This document shows, in pieces, positions 28,757-39,500 of a stretch of DNA of 64,000 bases (position 1 is its first letter; each line of letters starts with the position of its first letter). Location: the NCBI GenBank assembly GCA_965223505.1, contig CBDCWP010000043.1, forward strand, positions 73,014 through 137,013, read 5' to 3'. Source of the stretch: Planctomycetota bacterium (GTDB lineage Bacteria; Planctomycetota; PLA2; JAEUHO01). The translations under genes and the position numbers were made by a program. The notes under the pieces were generated by a model. It had not been told where the DNA came from. It did no database searches and worked only from the letters and a program-made list of their open reading frames with translations.

Positions 28757-29512
28757 GTGATTTCCAAGAACAACCTGTTCGCAGCGGCCCTCTGCGCGGC
28801 CCTGCTCCTGATCGTGCCCGGCTGCAACGACGAATCCAGCTCCGCGCAGGCCGGCGAGAAGACCGATGCGCCCAAGGACGGCCGCATCGCGTTCGACGTC
28901 GCCTTCGTCACGCACCTCGACATGGACCTGCCCGAGCAGGACGTGTACATCGAGCGCGAACCGGGCTCGAAGAAGGTCTACCGCGTCACCAAGGGCGACA
29001 ACGACATGAACGCGCCGCTCTACAAGACGGCCGTCGCGGTCAAGCACGACCCCTTCGATCCGAAGGCCGTGGGACCGCATCCCAAGGGCGAGAAGCTCGG
29101 CATCACGCTCGGCCAGTGGCTGCGCCACAAGGGCACCGGCACGTACAAGTACGAGAACGGCACCGGCTACCTGAACCTGAAGTTCAGCGGGCTCGTCCCG
29201 AATGGCGTCTACACCATGTGGCACGCGTTCATGTCGATGCCGCCGACGATTCCGTTCTCCGGCGCTCTCGACATGCCGCTGGGCGCCCGTGACGGCTCCG
29301 AGAGCGTGTTCACCGCCGACGAGAACGGCAACGCCGAGTTCGTACACTCGTTCAAGCCCGGCTTGCAGATGTCGGACCTCTGGACGACGTCGCTGCTCGC
29401 CATCGCCTACCACTCCGACGGCAAGACCTACGGCGGGATCCCGGGCGAGTTCGGCCTGAACGTGCACGTCCCGCTCTTCATCATGCTGCCCAAGCGCGCG
29501 GGCCTCGAGTAG
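28757..29512 (+). CDS. Hypothetical lipoprotein
   Basis: AAGGAG RBS and GTG; lipobox-like IVPGC; strongly host-like codon usage. Confidence 0.75.
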   Translation: MISKNNLFAAALCAALLLIVPGCNDESSSAQAGEKTDAPKDGRIAFDVAFVTHLDMDLPEQDVYIEREPGSKKVYRVTKGDNDMNAPLYKTAVAVKHDPFDPKAVGPHPKGEKLGITLGQWLRHKGTGTYKYENGTGYLNLKFSGLVPNGVYTMWHAFMSMPPTIPFSGALDMPLGARDGSESVFTADENGNAEFVHSFKPGLQMSDLWTTSLLAIAYHSDGKTYGGIPGEFGLNVHVPLFIMLPKRAGLE

Positions 29513-29580
29513 CGCGCACTTCGTTCGCGCGGCGGCCCAAGCGGGTCGCCGCGCACAACCGTTTTCGCAGGGAGGCCGTC

Positions 29581-31053
29581 ATGCGCCTTTTGCTCGCCGT
29601 CATCGCATTCATCATCACGTCGGTCCTGGTGCCGCTCACCGGGCTCGCATTGCCCGAGACGCCGGAGCCCGTCACCGACGCGGACTTCTACGAGAACGGC
29701 GCACCGTCCGAGGCGAAGGTCGAGCTCGGCCGGATGTTGTTCTTCGACAAGGTGCTCAGCGGCAACCGCAACATCTCGTGCGCGACCTGTCACCACCCCG
29801 ACCACGCCTCGGGTGACGCCGTCGCCCTGGGCTTCGGCGAGGGTGCGCAGGGCCTGGGCGGCGATCGCCGCCCGGGCACGACGCTCGCAGAGACCATTCA
29901 CGAGCGGGTCCCGCGCAACGCGCCGGCGTTGTTCAACGTGGGCACCCACGAGCACGAGCGCCTGTTCCACGACGGGCGCGTCGAGACGGACGAGAAGGGC
30001 TACTACGAAGGCGGCTTCATCACGCCCGCCAAGTGGAAGCTCCCCGGCGGTCTGGACAACGTCCTCGCGGCGCAGGCCATGTTCCCGGTGACCTCGCCGA
30101 TCGAGATGGCCGGTCAGAAGGGCGAGAACGAGATCGCCGACGCGAAGTCGTTGAACAACGCCGCAGGTCCCGGCGGCGTCTGGGACCTGCTCGGCAAGCG
30201 GCTGCAAGCCATCCCCGAGTACGTCGAGCTGTTTCGGCGCGCCTTCCCCGACAAGGTGGAGACGAAGAGCGACATCACGTACGTGCTCGCGGCGAACGCC
30301 ATCGCCGCGTTCGAGACGGTTGCGTTCCGCGCCGACCGGAGCCCCTTCGACCTGTATCTGCGGGGCGAAGGCGAGCTCTCACCACGCGCACGAGCCGGCA
30401 TGGACCTCTTCTACGGCAAGGCCGGCTGCGGTGACTGTCACACCGGAAAGTTCCAGACGGACCACGAGTTCCACGGCATCGCGATGCCGCAGATCGGTCC
30501 CGGCAAGGGCGACGGCCGCGACGGCACGTACTGGCGCGCCACCGGCGTGCAGGCGTTCGTCGAGGACTTCGGTCGCGGCCGCGTCACCGTACGGCAGGAA
30601 GACAACTACCGATTCCGCACGCCATCGCTTCGCAACGTCGAGCTCACCGGTCCGTGGGGCCACGACGGCGCTTACGCGACGCTGGAAGACGTGGTTCGCC
30701 ACCACCTCGACCCGGTGCGCTCGCTCGAGCGCTACGAGCTGCCGAAGGGCCTGCTTCCTCCGATCGACCGCGTCGCCGAGCTGACGGCGACGGGTGACAC
30801 GATCGAGCACGAGTTCCTGAGCGCGACGCGCTTCCAGGGGTTCCTGAAGCGCGACACCTGGGTGCAGGGCAACGAGAAGCTGCGCGCGAAGATCGCCGAT
30901 GCGAACGAGCTGGACCCGGTCGAGCTCACCGACGCCGAAGTCGAAGCGCTGATCGCGTTCCTGAAGAGCCTGACCGATCCGCGCTCGCGCGATCTGCGCT
31001 CTCAGGTCCCCGCACGCGTGCCGAGCGGCCTGCCGGTCGAGGACGAGGAGTAA
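29581..31053 (+). CDS. Di-heme cytochrome c peroxidase/MauG family protein
   Basis: LGRMLFFDKVLSGNRNISCATCHHP, RNAPALFN, CGDCH, FRTPSLRNVELTGPWGHDG. Confidence 0.9.
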   Translation: MRLLLAVIAFIITSVLVPLTGLALPETPEPVTDADFYENGAPSEAKVELGRMLFFDKVLSGNRNISCATCHHPDHASGDAVALGFGEGAQGLGGDRRPGTTLAETIHERVPRNAPALFNVGTHEHERLFHDGRVETDEKGYYEGGFITPAKWKLPGGLDNVLAAQAMFPVTSPIEMAGQKGENEIADAKSLNNAAGPGGVWDLLGKRLQAIPEYVELFRRAFPDKVETKSDITYVLAANAIAAFETVAFRADRSPFDLYLRGEGELSPRARAGMDLFYGKAGCGDCHTGKFQTDHEFHGIAMPQIGPGKGDGRDGTYWRATGVQAFVEDFGRGRVTVRQEDNYRFRTPSLRNVELTGPWGHDGAYATLEDVVRHHLDPVRSLERYELPKGLLPPIDRVAELTATGDTIEHEFLSATRFQGFLKRDTWVQGNEKLRAKIADANELDPVELTDAEVEALIAFLKSLTDPRSRDLRSQVPARVPSGLPVEDEE

Positions 31054-31055
31054 CC

Positions 31056-31796
31056 ATGAACGACCTCGTTCGCACACTGGATCGTCGCCTCACCGGTTGG
31101 CTGGATCGCAACGCCGTGCACGCCCTGCGGGTCGCCATGGGCGTCGTGTTCCTGTGGCTCGGGGCGCTCAAGTTCGTCCCGGGGATGTCCCCGGCCGAGG
31201 GGCTCATCGAGCGAACGGTCGACTGGATCGTGGATCCGGCCTGGTTCCAGCCGGTCCTGGCCGCGTGGGAGAGCGCGATCGGGCTCGCGCTCGTTGTCAA
31301 TCGCTTCCGGCGCCTGACGCTGCTGCTGCTGTTCGCCCACATGGCCGGGACGTTCATGCCGTGGATCGCGTGCCCGGAGCTCGTCTGGACCCAATTCCCG
31401 TTCGGATGGACGCTCGAGGGCCAGTACATCCTCAAGAACCTCGTTCTGATCGCGGGCGGGCTCACGATCGCTTCGCGCCTCCCGCGAACCGCGAACCGGC
31501 TATCCTTGACGGCGTGGGAACGCACACCGACCCCGACCTCACCGCGCTACAAGCCGCGGGCGAAACCGATGCCGAACGCAAGGCGCGGCTTGGCGATCTT
31601 CTCGAGAGGCATCGAGGACGTCTCCTACGGATGGTTCAGCTCCGAATGGATCCGGCCCTCCGGGCGCGGCTCGGTGCGTCGGATGTCCTACAAGAGGCCT
31701 ACCTCGAGATCGCCGAGCGTATCGACGACTACCTCGACAACCCACGCATGCCATTCTTCGTTTGGATCCGCTTCATCACGGCGCAACGCCTCCTGA
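31056..31796 (+). CDS. DoxX family membrane protein (domain ends ~31490; the tail overlaps the next gene)
   Basis: LRVAMGVVFLWLGALKF.PG.SPAE..TLEGQYILKNLVLI. True stop uncertain. Confidence 0.75.
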   Translation: MNDLVRTLDRRLTGWLDRNAVHALRVAMGVVFLWLGALKFVPGMSPAEGLIERTVDWIVDPAWFQPVLAAWESAIGLALVVNRFRRLTLLLLFAHMAGTFMPWIACPELVWTQFPFGWTLEGQYILKNLVLIAGGLTIASRLPRTANRLSLTAWERTPTPTSPRYKPRAKPMPNARRGLAIFSRGIEDVSYGWFSSEWIRPSGRGSVRRMSYKRPTSRSPSVSTTTSTTHACHSSFGSASSRRNAS

Positions 31797-32164
31797 AGCT
31801 GTACCGCTTTCACGTCGGCGCGCAGAAGCGCGACGCGAGGCGCGAGGTCGCGCACGGGGCCGCCGGCCCCGCGGCGACCTCGATCGCCCTGGTGGATCAC
31901 CTCATGGCCTCCGGAATCACTCCCAGCGTCGTCGCCGCCGAAGGGGAGCTGCGCGCACGTCTCATGGAGGCGCTCGAGGAGATGAACGAGCTCGACCGGG
32001 AGGTGCTCGTCCTGCGCCACTTCGAAGAGATGAGCAACGTCGAAGCGGCGAAGGCGCTCGACATCGAGACGAACACCGCCAGCAAGCGCTACGTACGCGC
32101 CCTCCAGCGGCTCGCACAGGTGCTCAAGAACGCCGGCGCCGACCCGGGCTCGATCATCTCTTGA
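31514..32164 (+). CDS. ECF sigma-70 factor, planctomycete-type subfamily
   Basis: LLERHRGRLLRMVQLRMDPALRARLGASDVLQEAYL, FFVWIRFIT, DREVLVLRHFEEMSN.E.A..L, KRYVRALQRL. Confidence 0.85.
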   Translation: MGTHTDPDLTALQAAGETDAERKARLGDLLERHRGRLLRMVQLRMDPALRARLGASDVLQEAYLEIAERIDDYLDNPRMPFFVWIRFITAQRLLKLYRFHVGAQKRDARREVAHGAAGPAATSIALVDHLMASGITPSVVAAEGELRARLMEALEEMNELDREVLVLRHFEEMSNVEAAKALDIETNTASKRYVRALQRLAQVLKNAGADPGSIIS

Positions 32165-35100
32165 ATACCGGCACGTTCTCCATCGCGCGCTCGCGTTGAT
32201 CGTCCGTCATCGAATCGAGCAGCGCGTCGGTTTCGCATCGCGCCGCTTCGATCAAGGCATCTTCCTTCGTGCGGCGTGCCAGCGTCGCCGCGGCGCGCAA
32301 CCTGAGGAGGGCCGGCATGTTCGCGCCGTGTTTCTCGAGCTCCAGCCGCGCATGCAGGAGGCTCTCCCCGGGAAGCAGCTCCAGCCAGAAACGGCACAAC
32401 GCCGCGATGCCGGGCATGCCGCCCGGCTCCGCCAGGCGTCGTACGTCATCGAGCAGTGTTCGCGCGCGCTCCTCGTTGCCCTGGTGCGCGTGCAGCGCGC
32501 CGAGCTGGAGGTCGTCGATCAGGCTCAGATACCGGATGGTCTCGCGGCTTTCGTCGGCCAAGCCCTCCAGGGCCGCGATCGCCTCCTCGAAGCGATCCTG
32601 CGTCTCGTGCATCAGGCCGGCCGCCCAACGCAGGGAGTGGCCCACCCGCCGCATCTGCGTCTCCTCCGCGAACGGCAGCGCCTGCTCGAGGACAGCGGCC
32701 GCTTCGTCGCATCCGCCCGTCCAGCTGTGAACGCTCGCTAGCGCGACGGCGCGGCGCACCTGGAGCACCGGGGTGGGCATCTCGTCGATCAGCACGCCCG
32801 CTTCGTGCAGCGTTTTCAGCGCGTCGGCGAACTTGCCCTGCTGGACGTAGATCTCGCCCAGCGACAGCACCGAGCGAGCGTGGATCTCGCCGTACTCGAG
32901 CGACCCCGCAACGGAGCGCGCATGACGCGCCTGTTCGGCGGCGGCCTCGAAGTCGCCGGTGAACGGAATCGCCTGTGCGAGATTGACGGACGTGATGGTC
33001 TCGGTGCGCGTCTGACCAAGCTCGTGGGCGATCTCGAGCACGTTGCGGAACAGCCTCACACCGTCGCCGATGCGGCACTCGTGAAAGGCGATGGTCGCCA
33101 GCGAGCTCAGCGCGGCGTTCTCGAGGTCGCGTTCGCCGTAGACGTGGGCGATCGAAACCGAGCGATCCAGCAGCGCTCTTCCTTCGGTCAGATTCCCCGC
33201 ATCCACCTCGAAGGCGCCGGCGAAGAACGACAGGATGCCGACCGCGTTCGACTCCCCGAGCGCCTCCGCGTACTCCAGACCCTGTCGGGCGGCCTCGCGC
33301 GCCTCGTCGAGGCGTCCCATGTCGCGCAGCAGCCTCGAACGCTGGCCGTGAAGCTCAGCCGTCAGCTGTGCGTCGCCCAGCGCTTCGCAGTCGTGCAAGA
33401 CGTTCTCGACGCGCGCGAACGCCGACTCGATCTCACCGGTCTCGCGTTCGCAGTCCACGAGCTGCACCAGGACCCGCATCGCGAGGTGTGCGTCCGGGAT
33501 CGATTGCGCGGCCGCGTACGCCTTCTCGAAGTACGCCAGCGCGTCGGCCGGCGAGCCGTGCGCGACGAGCGCGGTGCCATGAGCCAAGAGCACGTTGGCA
33601 CGCACACTCGGGGGCACGCGGTCCTCGAACGCCTCGATGCATTCCGCGATCTCGACGGAGCGTCGCGACTCGTGATTTCGCGTCGTGTACGCGAGCGCAT
33701 CGATCGCGTACGGAATGGCACGCGCGGCGTCTTCCCCGCGCAGGTGGTGCCGCGTGATCGCGAACGCGACGTGTCCCGGCACGGGCTCGTTCTCTTCCAG
33801 CCGCGACTCCATTGCGTCGCCGAGTGCGGTGTGGTATGCCGCCCGAAGCGCGGGCGGCAGATCGTCGTGCAGCTGCTCCTGCACCAGCCGCTGGCGGAAG
33901 CGGTAGCGGTCGGCGACGGCTTCGAGCAGCCGGTGCTCGCGATCGAGCGCATGCAGCATGCGTAGGCCTTTCAGCCTCGGGATCTGCGCCGCCGTGATCA
34001 CGAGGTCCGGGTCGAAGAGGTCGCCGCTACACGCCGCGGCCGAGAGCAGCTCGCGCGCGTCCGGCGGCAACGCAGCGACGCGTGCGTCGAGCAACGCGCC
34101 CAGCGAGTCCGGAATCCCGGGGCGTGTTCCCACGGTCGTCGCGCCGGCGGTCGTCCGTTCCAGCTCGCGGCACAGCTCGATCAGGAAGTGCGGATTGCCG
34201 CCGGATCGCCGAACGAGATCGCGGACGGCGTTGGCGTCGGACGTGACGCCCTGGATCACGTGCTGGACGAGCGCGAAGGCCGACTCGCGGTCGAGCGGGG
34301 GGAGCATCATGCGCGTCGTGTCTTCGATCCGCGCGAGCCCCTCTGCGAGCGCCGGGTGGAGCGGGGTCCGCGTTGTCGCCAGAAGCAGGACCGGCGTGCG
34401 GGCGATCCCCCGCGCGAGCTCGAGGAACGCCTGCGTGCCGTTCTCCGAGAGGTAGTGCAGATCCTCCATCACGACGATCAGGCCCTCGTCACGCGCCAGG
34501 TCTTCGAGCAGACGCGCGTAGGCGCGGTCGCGTGTGGCCGAGGGAAGCCCGAGTGCCCCCTCCTCTTCACCCCGCAAGTGCGTCAGCACGGCGTCCACGA
34601 GCTCGTCGTTCGAGCCGACGGCGTCGCGCACGCGGGACTCGAGCGCGTTGCAGCCGATGTGTTCCGTGAGCGCCGCCGCGAACGGGGCGGCCGCGCCCGG
34701 CGCATGCGTACCCGCGCGCTCGACGAAGAGGACCGGCGGCAGCGTCCCGCGCTGGTGCCCGCGTCCGAGCCACGCGGAAACGAGATGACTCTTGCCGATG
34801 CCCGGATCGCCCTCGATCACGAACGGTCCGCCGACGCCGTCGCGTGACGACTGCGCGGCGTCGTCGAGCCGCTCGAAGGCGTCCCGGCGTCCAAAGGTCT
34901 CGAGCGCGTGCTTGCGCCTTCGTGCCGCGGGGCCCAGCTCGCGGCGATCTGCGTGCGAACGCCACCACGCCGACGACTCTCCCTCGGTGAGCAGCGTGGC
35001 GACGGTCTCGGCGTCCGGGGGCCGCTTGCGCGGATCGATCGAGATCAGCGAGCGCACGAGCGCGTCGAGGAACGGGCTGGCGTGCGGCGCGTCGTCGAGC

Positions 35101-35984
35101 AACGAGATCTCGCTCTCCGGCTTGCGCAGGATCGGTATGCGTCCTGTCGCCGGATCCGCGTGCGCGTTGCGCGCGGTCATGAGCTCGAACAGCAGGAGTC
35201 CCAGCGCGTACAGATCGGCGGCCGGCGTGACGTCGTCGCCGCTGATCTGTTCGGGTGCCGCGTACAGCAGCGAACCGACGAACTCGCCGGTCGCCGTCAA
35301 GCGCATGGCGTCCTCTTGCAGCGCCGCGACACCCAGGTCCATGAGCTTGACCGTCTCGTTTTCCGTGATGACGACGTTCTCGGGCTTGATGTCGCGGTGC
35401 ACCATGCCGGCCGCGTGGATCGCGGCCAGGCCCCGCGCGACGTTCGCCCCGATGACGCGGCACAATCGCTCCGACAGCGGCGAGACTTCGTCCAGGAGCT
35501 CGCGCAGGTTCTGCCCTTCGACGAACTCGAGCGCGAGGTACGGCGTCTCGATGCCGTCCTGCTCGGCGATGCCGGAGCCCAGCGTGCGCACGACTCGCGG
35601 CGAGTCGAGACGCACGCCCGCCTCGACCTCGCGAAAGAAGCGTGCCAGGTAGCCCGGTCGCTGAACGAGGTGCGGATGCACCACCTTGAGCGCGACCCGC
35701 TCGCCCGAGGCGTCGAGGGCCTCGTAGACGCGGCCCATGCCGCCGCGGCCCAGCTCGCGCACGATGCGATAGGGGCCGATGGCGTCTCCCGCCCGCTCGT
35801 CCCCGCTTCCAGAGGAGCTCTTCATGCCCTCCATGACCGCGAGCACCGGAAAGAGCTCGCGAATCGCGTCGGCCAGCGCCGGATGGCGCCGGGCGTACTC
35901 TTCGACCTGCACCGGCTCGCCCCGGCGGATGCGATCGACGTACTGCTCCGCGAGCTGGTCGAGTTCGGCCGACGTACCATCCAT
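32154..35984 (-). CDS. Ser/Thr kinase + AAA ATPase + TPR-like repeats
   Basis: ELGRGGMG, VALK, HRDIKPEN, DLG, YAAPE; Walker A GDPGIGKS; Walker B VMEDLH; helical repeat tail. Confidence 0.88.
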   Translation of the reverse strand: MDGTSAELDQLAEQYVDRIRRGEPVQVEEYARRHPALADAIRELFPVLAVMEGMKSSSGSGDERAGDAIGPYRIVRELGRGGMGRVYEALDASGERVALKVVHPHLVQRPGYLARFFREVEAGVRLDSPRVVRTLGSGIAEQDGIETPYLALEFVEGQNLRELLDEVSPLSERLCRVIGANVARGLAAIHAAGMVHRDIKPENVVITENETVKLMDLGVAALQEDAMRLTATGEFVGSLLYAAPEQISGDDVTPAADLYALGLLLFELMTARNAHADPATGRIPILRKPESEISLLDDAPHASPFLDALVRSLISIDPRKRPPDAETVATLLTEGESSAWWRSHADRRELGPAARRRKHALETFGRRDAFERLDDAAQSSRDGVGGPFVIEGDPGIGKSHLVSAWLGRGHQRGTLPPVLFVERAGTHAPGAAAPFAAALTEHIGCNALESRVRDAVGSNDELVDAVLTHLRGEEEGALGLPSATRDRAYARLLEDLARDEGLIVVMEDLHYLSENGTQAFLELARGIARTPVLLLATTRTPLHPALAEGLARIEDTTRMMLPPLDRESAFALVQHVIQGVTSDANAVRDLVRRSGGNPHFLIELCRELERTTAGATTVGTRPGIPDSLGALLDARVAALPPDARELLSAAACSGDLFDPDLVITAAQIPRLKGLRMLHALDREHRLLEAVADRYRFRQRLVQEQLHDDLPPALRAAYHTALGDAMESRLEENEPVPGHVAFAITRHHLRGEDAARAIPYAIDALAYTTRNHESRRSVEIAECIEAFEDRVPPSVRANVLLAHGTALVAHGSPADALAYFEKAYAAAQSIPDAHLAMRVLVQLVDCERETGEIESAFARVENVLHDCEALGDAQLTAELHGQRSRLLRDMGRLDEAREAARQGLEYAEALGESNAVGILSFFAGAFEVDAGNLTEGRALLDRSVSIAHVYGERDLENAALSSLATIAFHECRIGDGVRLFRNVLEIAHELGQTRTETITSVNLAQAIPFTGDFEAAAEQARHARSVAGSLEYGEIHARSVLSLGEIYVQQGKFADALKTLHEAGVLIDEMPTPVLQVRRAVALASVHSWTGGCDEAAAVLEQALPFAEETQMRRVGHSLRWAAGLMHETQDRFEEAIAALEGLADESRETIRYLSLIDDLQLGALHAHQGNEERARTLLDDVRRLAEPGGMPGIAALCRFWLELLPGESLLHARLELEKHGANMPALLRLRAAATLARRTKEDALIEAARCETDALLDSMTDDQRERAMENVPVFKR

Positions 35985-36053
35985 CGTCAGCGGACGATAC
36001 ACGGCGGCGCAATCCGCCGTCGAGGCCGTTACGATCCCCTGTGTGGAGGGTGA

Positions 36054-36542
36054 ATGAAGACGCTCCTGGTGCTGCGCCACGCGAAGTCGAGCTGGAAGCA
36101 CGTGGGCCTGACGGACCACGACCGGCCGCTCAACAAGCGCGGGAAACGGGATGCGCCCCGGATGGGCGCGCTCATGGCCGACGAGGACATCGTTCCCGAT
36201 CTCATCCTCAGCTCGACCGCCAAACGCGCGCGAACCACGGCGCGCCGCGCCGCCGCGGCCGCGGGCTACGAGGGCGAGATCGAGCTGCGCGAAGATCTGT
36301 ATCACGCCGCGCCGAGCGACTACATCGACGCCGTCGCGGCGGTCTCCGAGGCCGTCCAGCGGGTGATGGTCGTGGGGCACAACCCCGGCATGGAGTCGCT
36401 CGTCGAGGTGCTCACCGGGCACGTCGGTCACTTTCCGACCGCGGCGCTGGCGTGGATCGAGCTCGACATCGACGAGTGGCCGCGCATCTACGACGGCGGC
36501 GGGCGCCTCGTGCAGCTCTGGCGGCCGCGCGAGCTGCACTGA
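36054..36542 (+). CDS. sixA: SixA-like phosphohistidine phosphatase
   Basis: LRHAKSSW, DHDRPLNKRG, SSTAKRARTT, VGHNPG. Confidence 0.88.
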   Translation: MKTLLVLRHAKSSWKHVGLTDHDRPLNKRGKRDAPRMGALMADEDIVPDLILSSTAKRARTTARRAAAAAGYEGEIELREDLYHAAPSDYIDAVAAVSEAVQRVMVVGHNPGMESLVEVLTGHVGHFPTAALAWIELDIDEWPRIYDGGGRLVQLWRPRELH

Positions 36543-36547
36543 CGGCG

Positions 36548-39500
36548 CTACTTCGGCGGCGACCAGACCGGCAAGCGGCTGGGCGTGAACGGCGCGCCGC
36601 TCTGCTCGACCGTGGTCTCGAACGCGACCAGCGCGTCGATCAACGCGCGTACGTCGGCCAGGACCCGCGCGAACATCGGTTCCGTCTTCGCCAGCATGTC
36701 GCGCTGCGTCTTCGTTGGTGCGGACGTAACGCGCAACCCGCTACCGGCAAGGTCGTTCGCCCACTCCTGAATGCTCCTGGGACTACCGGTACTGCGCGAC
36801 CGCAGGGTCCGATCGCCCGTCAACAGCGTCTTGATCCGCGTGAGCTCGTCTTGGAGGTCTTCCAGCGCCTTGATCTGGGCGTCCTCCGTCGCCGGCGTGT
36901 CGATCAACGCCTTGCGCAGGTGGTCGATGCGCGTCTGCGCCTCGCCGATCACGCGCACCGTCCCCGATGCCGCGCGCTGCAAGCCCGCCGCCCTGCGCTG
37001 GAACGCCAGCGCCGCGGCCTTGTCGTCGGCCGGAAACGTCGCGAGCTCCAAGGGGACGACGTCGAATGTCTGCGGCGCCGCGAGCGGCGTGACGATCCCG
37101 TCCACCAGCTTCACCAGCTCGACGGCGTAGGTGCCCGGCAGCGCCAGCGGGCCGATCGGAGCGCGGCGCCACGGTGACCCGTTCGGGTCGGGGCCGATGC
37201 GCGTCGGCTGCACCGAGGGGTACCGCAGATTCCACGCGACACGGTGGAAGCCGCGGTTGCGCGATCCCTTCACGCGTTGCACGACCGCGCCGGTGTCGTC
37301 GCGCACGATCAAGAACACCGCCGGCTCCTTCTCGGCGTCCTCCGCACGCAGCTCCTCGTACGTCGGATAAGGCGAGTTCTCGCCCTTCTTGCGCGCCTCC
37401 TTCTCGCGCTTGCGGCGCTCTTCCTTGCGCGAGCGCAGCTTGTCCTCGAGGTAGTACGTGAAGACGGCGCCGAACTCGGGATTGGGCGCCGCGTAGTAGC
37501 TCGCGCCTTGTGAGCCCTTGCCGTTGTTGCCGCCGAGGCGGCTACGCTCGACGTACTGAAGCGCGTCCTTGACGGGGAAGAGCGCGTCCTCGCTCTCCAG
37601 CATCTCGCGGGTCACGTGCCGGAGCGGCGTGTAGTCGTCGAGGATGTAGAAGCCGCGGCCGAACGTGCCGAGCACGAGGTCGTTCTCGCGCCGTTGGATC
37701 GCCATGTCCCGCACCGCGATCGTCGGCACACCGGCCTTCAGCCGCACCCAGTGACCGCCGCCGTCGATGCTGAAATAGACGCCGAACTCGGTGCCGGCGA
37801 ACAACAGATCCGGCTTCACGTGATCCTGCAGGATCGACAACACGACGTCGCGCTTCGGGAGGTTGCTCGCGATCGACGTCCAGGTCTTGCCGCGATCGGT
37901 GCTCTTGAACAGGTACGGCGTGAAGTCGCCTTGCTTGTGGTTGTCGAACGCCGCGTACACGGTGTCGCCGTCGGTGGGGGAGGCGGTCAGGCAGCTCACG
38001 TACGTGAGCTCGGGCACGCCCTCGAACGACTCGATCTTGCGCCACGTCGTCCCTCCGTCCTCGGTGATCTGCACCAGGCCGTCGTCCGTGCCGACGTACA
38101 GCAGGTTCTCGACGATCGGCGACTCGTCGAGCGACACGCAGTTGCCGTATTGCGAGGTCGAGTTGTCCTTCGCGACGGCATCGACGCTTTGGATCTTGCC
38201 CATGACTTCGAGCTGGTTCCGGTCGAGGTTGCGGGTCAGCTCTCCGCTCACGAGACGCCAGCTGTTGCCGCGGTCGTCCGACCGGAACAGCTTGTTCGCC
38301 GCGAAGTACAGTCGCTTGTGGTCGTGCTCGCTCAGGATGAACGGGCTGTCCCAGTTCCAACGCAGCGGCGGGTCCCCGGGATCCTCGCGCGGCTTGATGT
38401 CGACGCGCTCGCCGCTTCGACGGTCGTGTCGCACGAGGCCGCCGTACTGCCATTGGCTGTAGACGATGTTCGGGTCGTGTGGATCGACGCGCGTCTCGTA
38501 GCCGTCGCCGCCTACGGTGATGAACCAGTCGGCGTTGGTGATGCCGGCGCGGTCGGTCGTGCGATGCGGACCGCCCTGCGAGTTGTTGTCCTGGGTGCCG
38601 CCGTACACGTAATAGAAGGGCCGCGAGTCGTCGACGCTCACGCGATAGAACTGCGTCACCGGCAGATTCGTCTTGAAGTGCCAGTTCTTGGCGAGATCCC
38701 AGCTCTCGTACACGCCGCCGTCGCTGCCGACGAGCAGGTGGTCGGTGTCGTCCGGGTCGATCCACAGCGCGTGGTCGTCGACGTGGCGGTTCTTCCGGGG
38801 CACGCGTTGAAACGTCTTGCCGCCGTCGTTCGTGACCTGAAGGAACGTCTGCAGCGCGTACACCCGGTCGACGTTCACGGGATCGCAGACGATCTCGTTG
38901 TAGTACTGCGCGCCCGGCGGTACGTAGCTTCCCGGCTTGGTCCAGGTCTCGCCCCGATTGTCGCTGCGGAAGAAGCCGCTCTTGCCCATCGCCGCTTCGA
39001 CGACGGCGTAGACGACGTCCGGGTTCGCCGGTGAGACGGCGAGCCCGATGCGGCCCTTGTCGACGCCAGGCAGTCCCTTCTCGATCTTGCGCCAGGTCGC
39101 GCCCGCGTCTTCGGACTTGTAAATCGTCGACTCCGGGCCGCCGTTGATCAGCGTCCAGGTGTGACGCCGGCGCTGGTAGGACGACGCGTACAGGACGTCC
39201 GGATTGCGCGGATCGATGTGCACCTCGTTGATGCCCGTCTCGTCGCTCACGTGCAGGATGCGCGTCCAGGTCGCGCCGCCGTCGGTCGTCTTGTAGAGCC
39301 CTCGGTCGCCCCCCGACCGCCACAGCGGGCCCTGCGACGCGACGTACACCGTGTTCGAGTCGCGCGGATCGACCGTGATCATCCCGATGTGCTCGGACTC
39401 CGGCAGGCCCATGTTCTTCCAGCTTCGACCGCCGTCGCGCGAACGGTAGACCCCGTCGCCGAACGAGACGCTGCGTTGCGAGTTGTTCTCTCCGGTGCCG

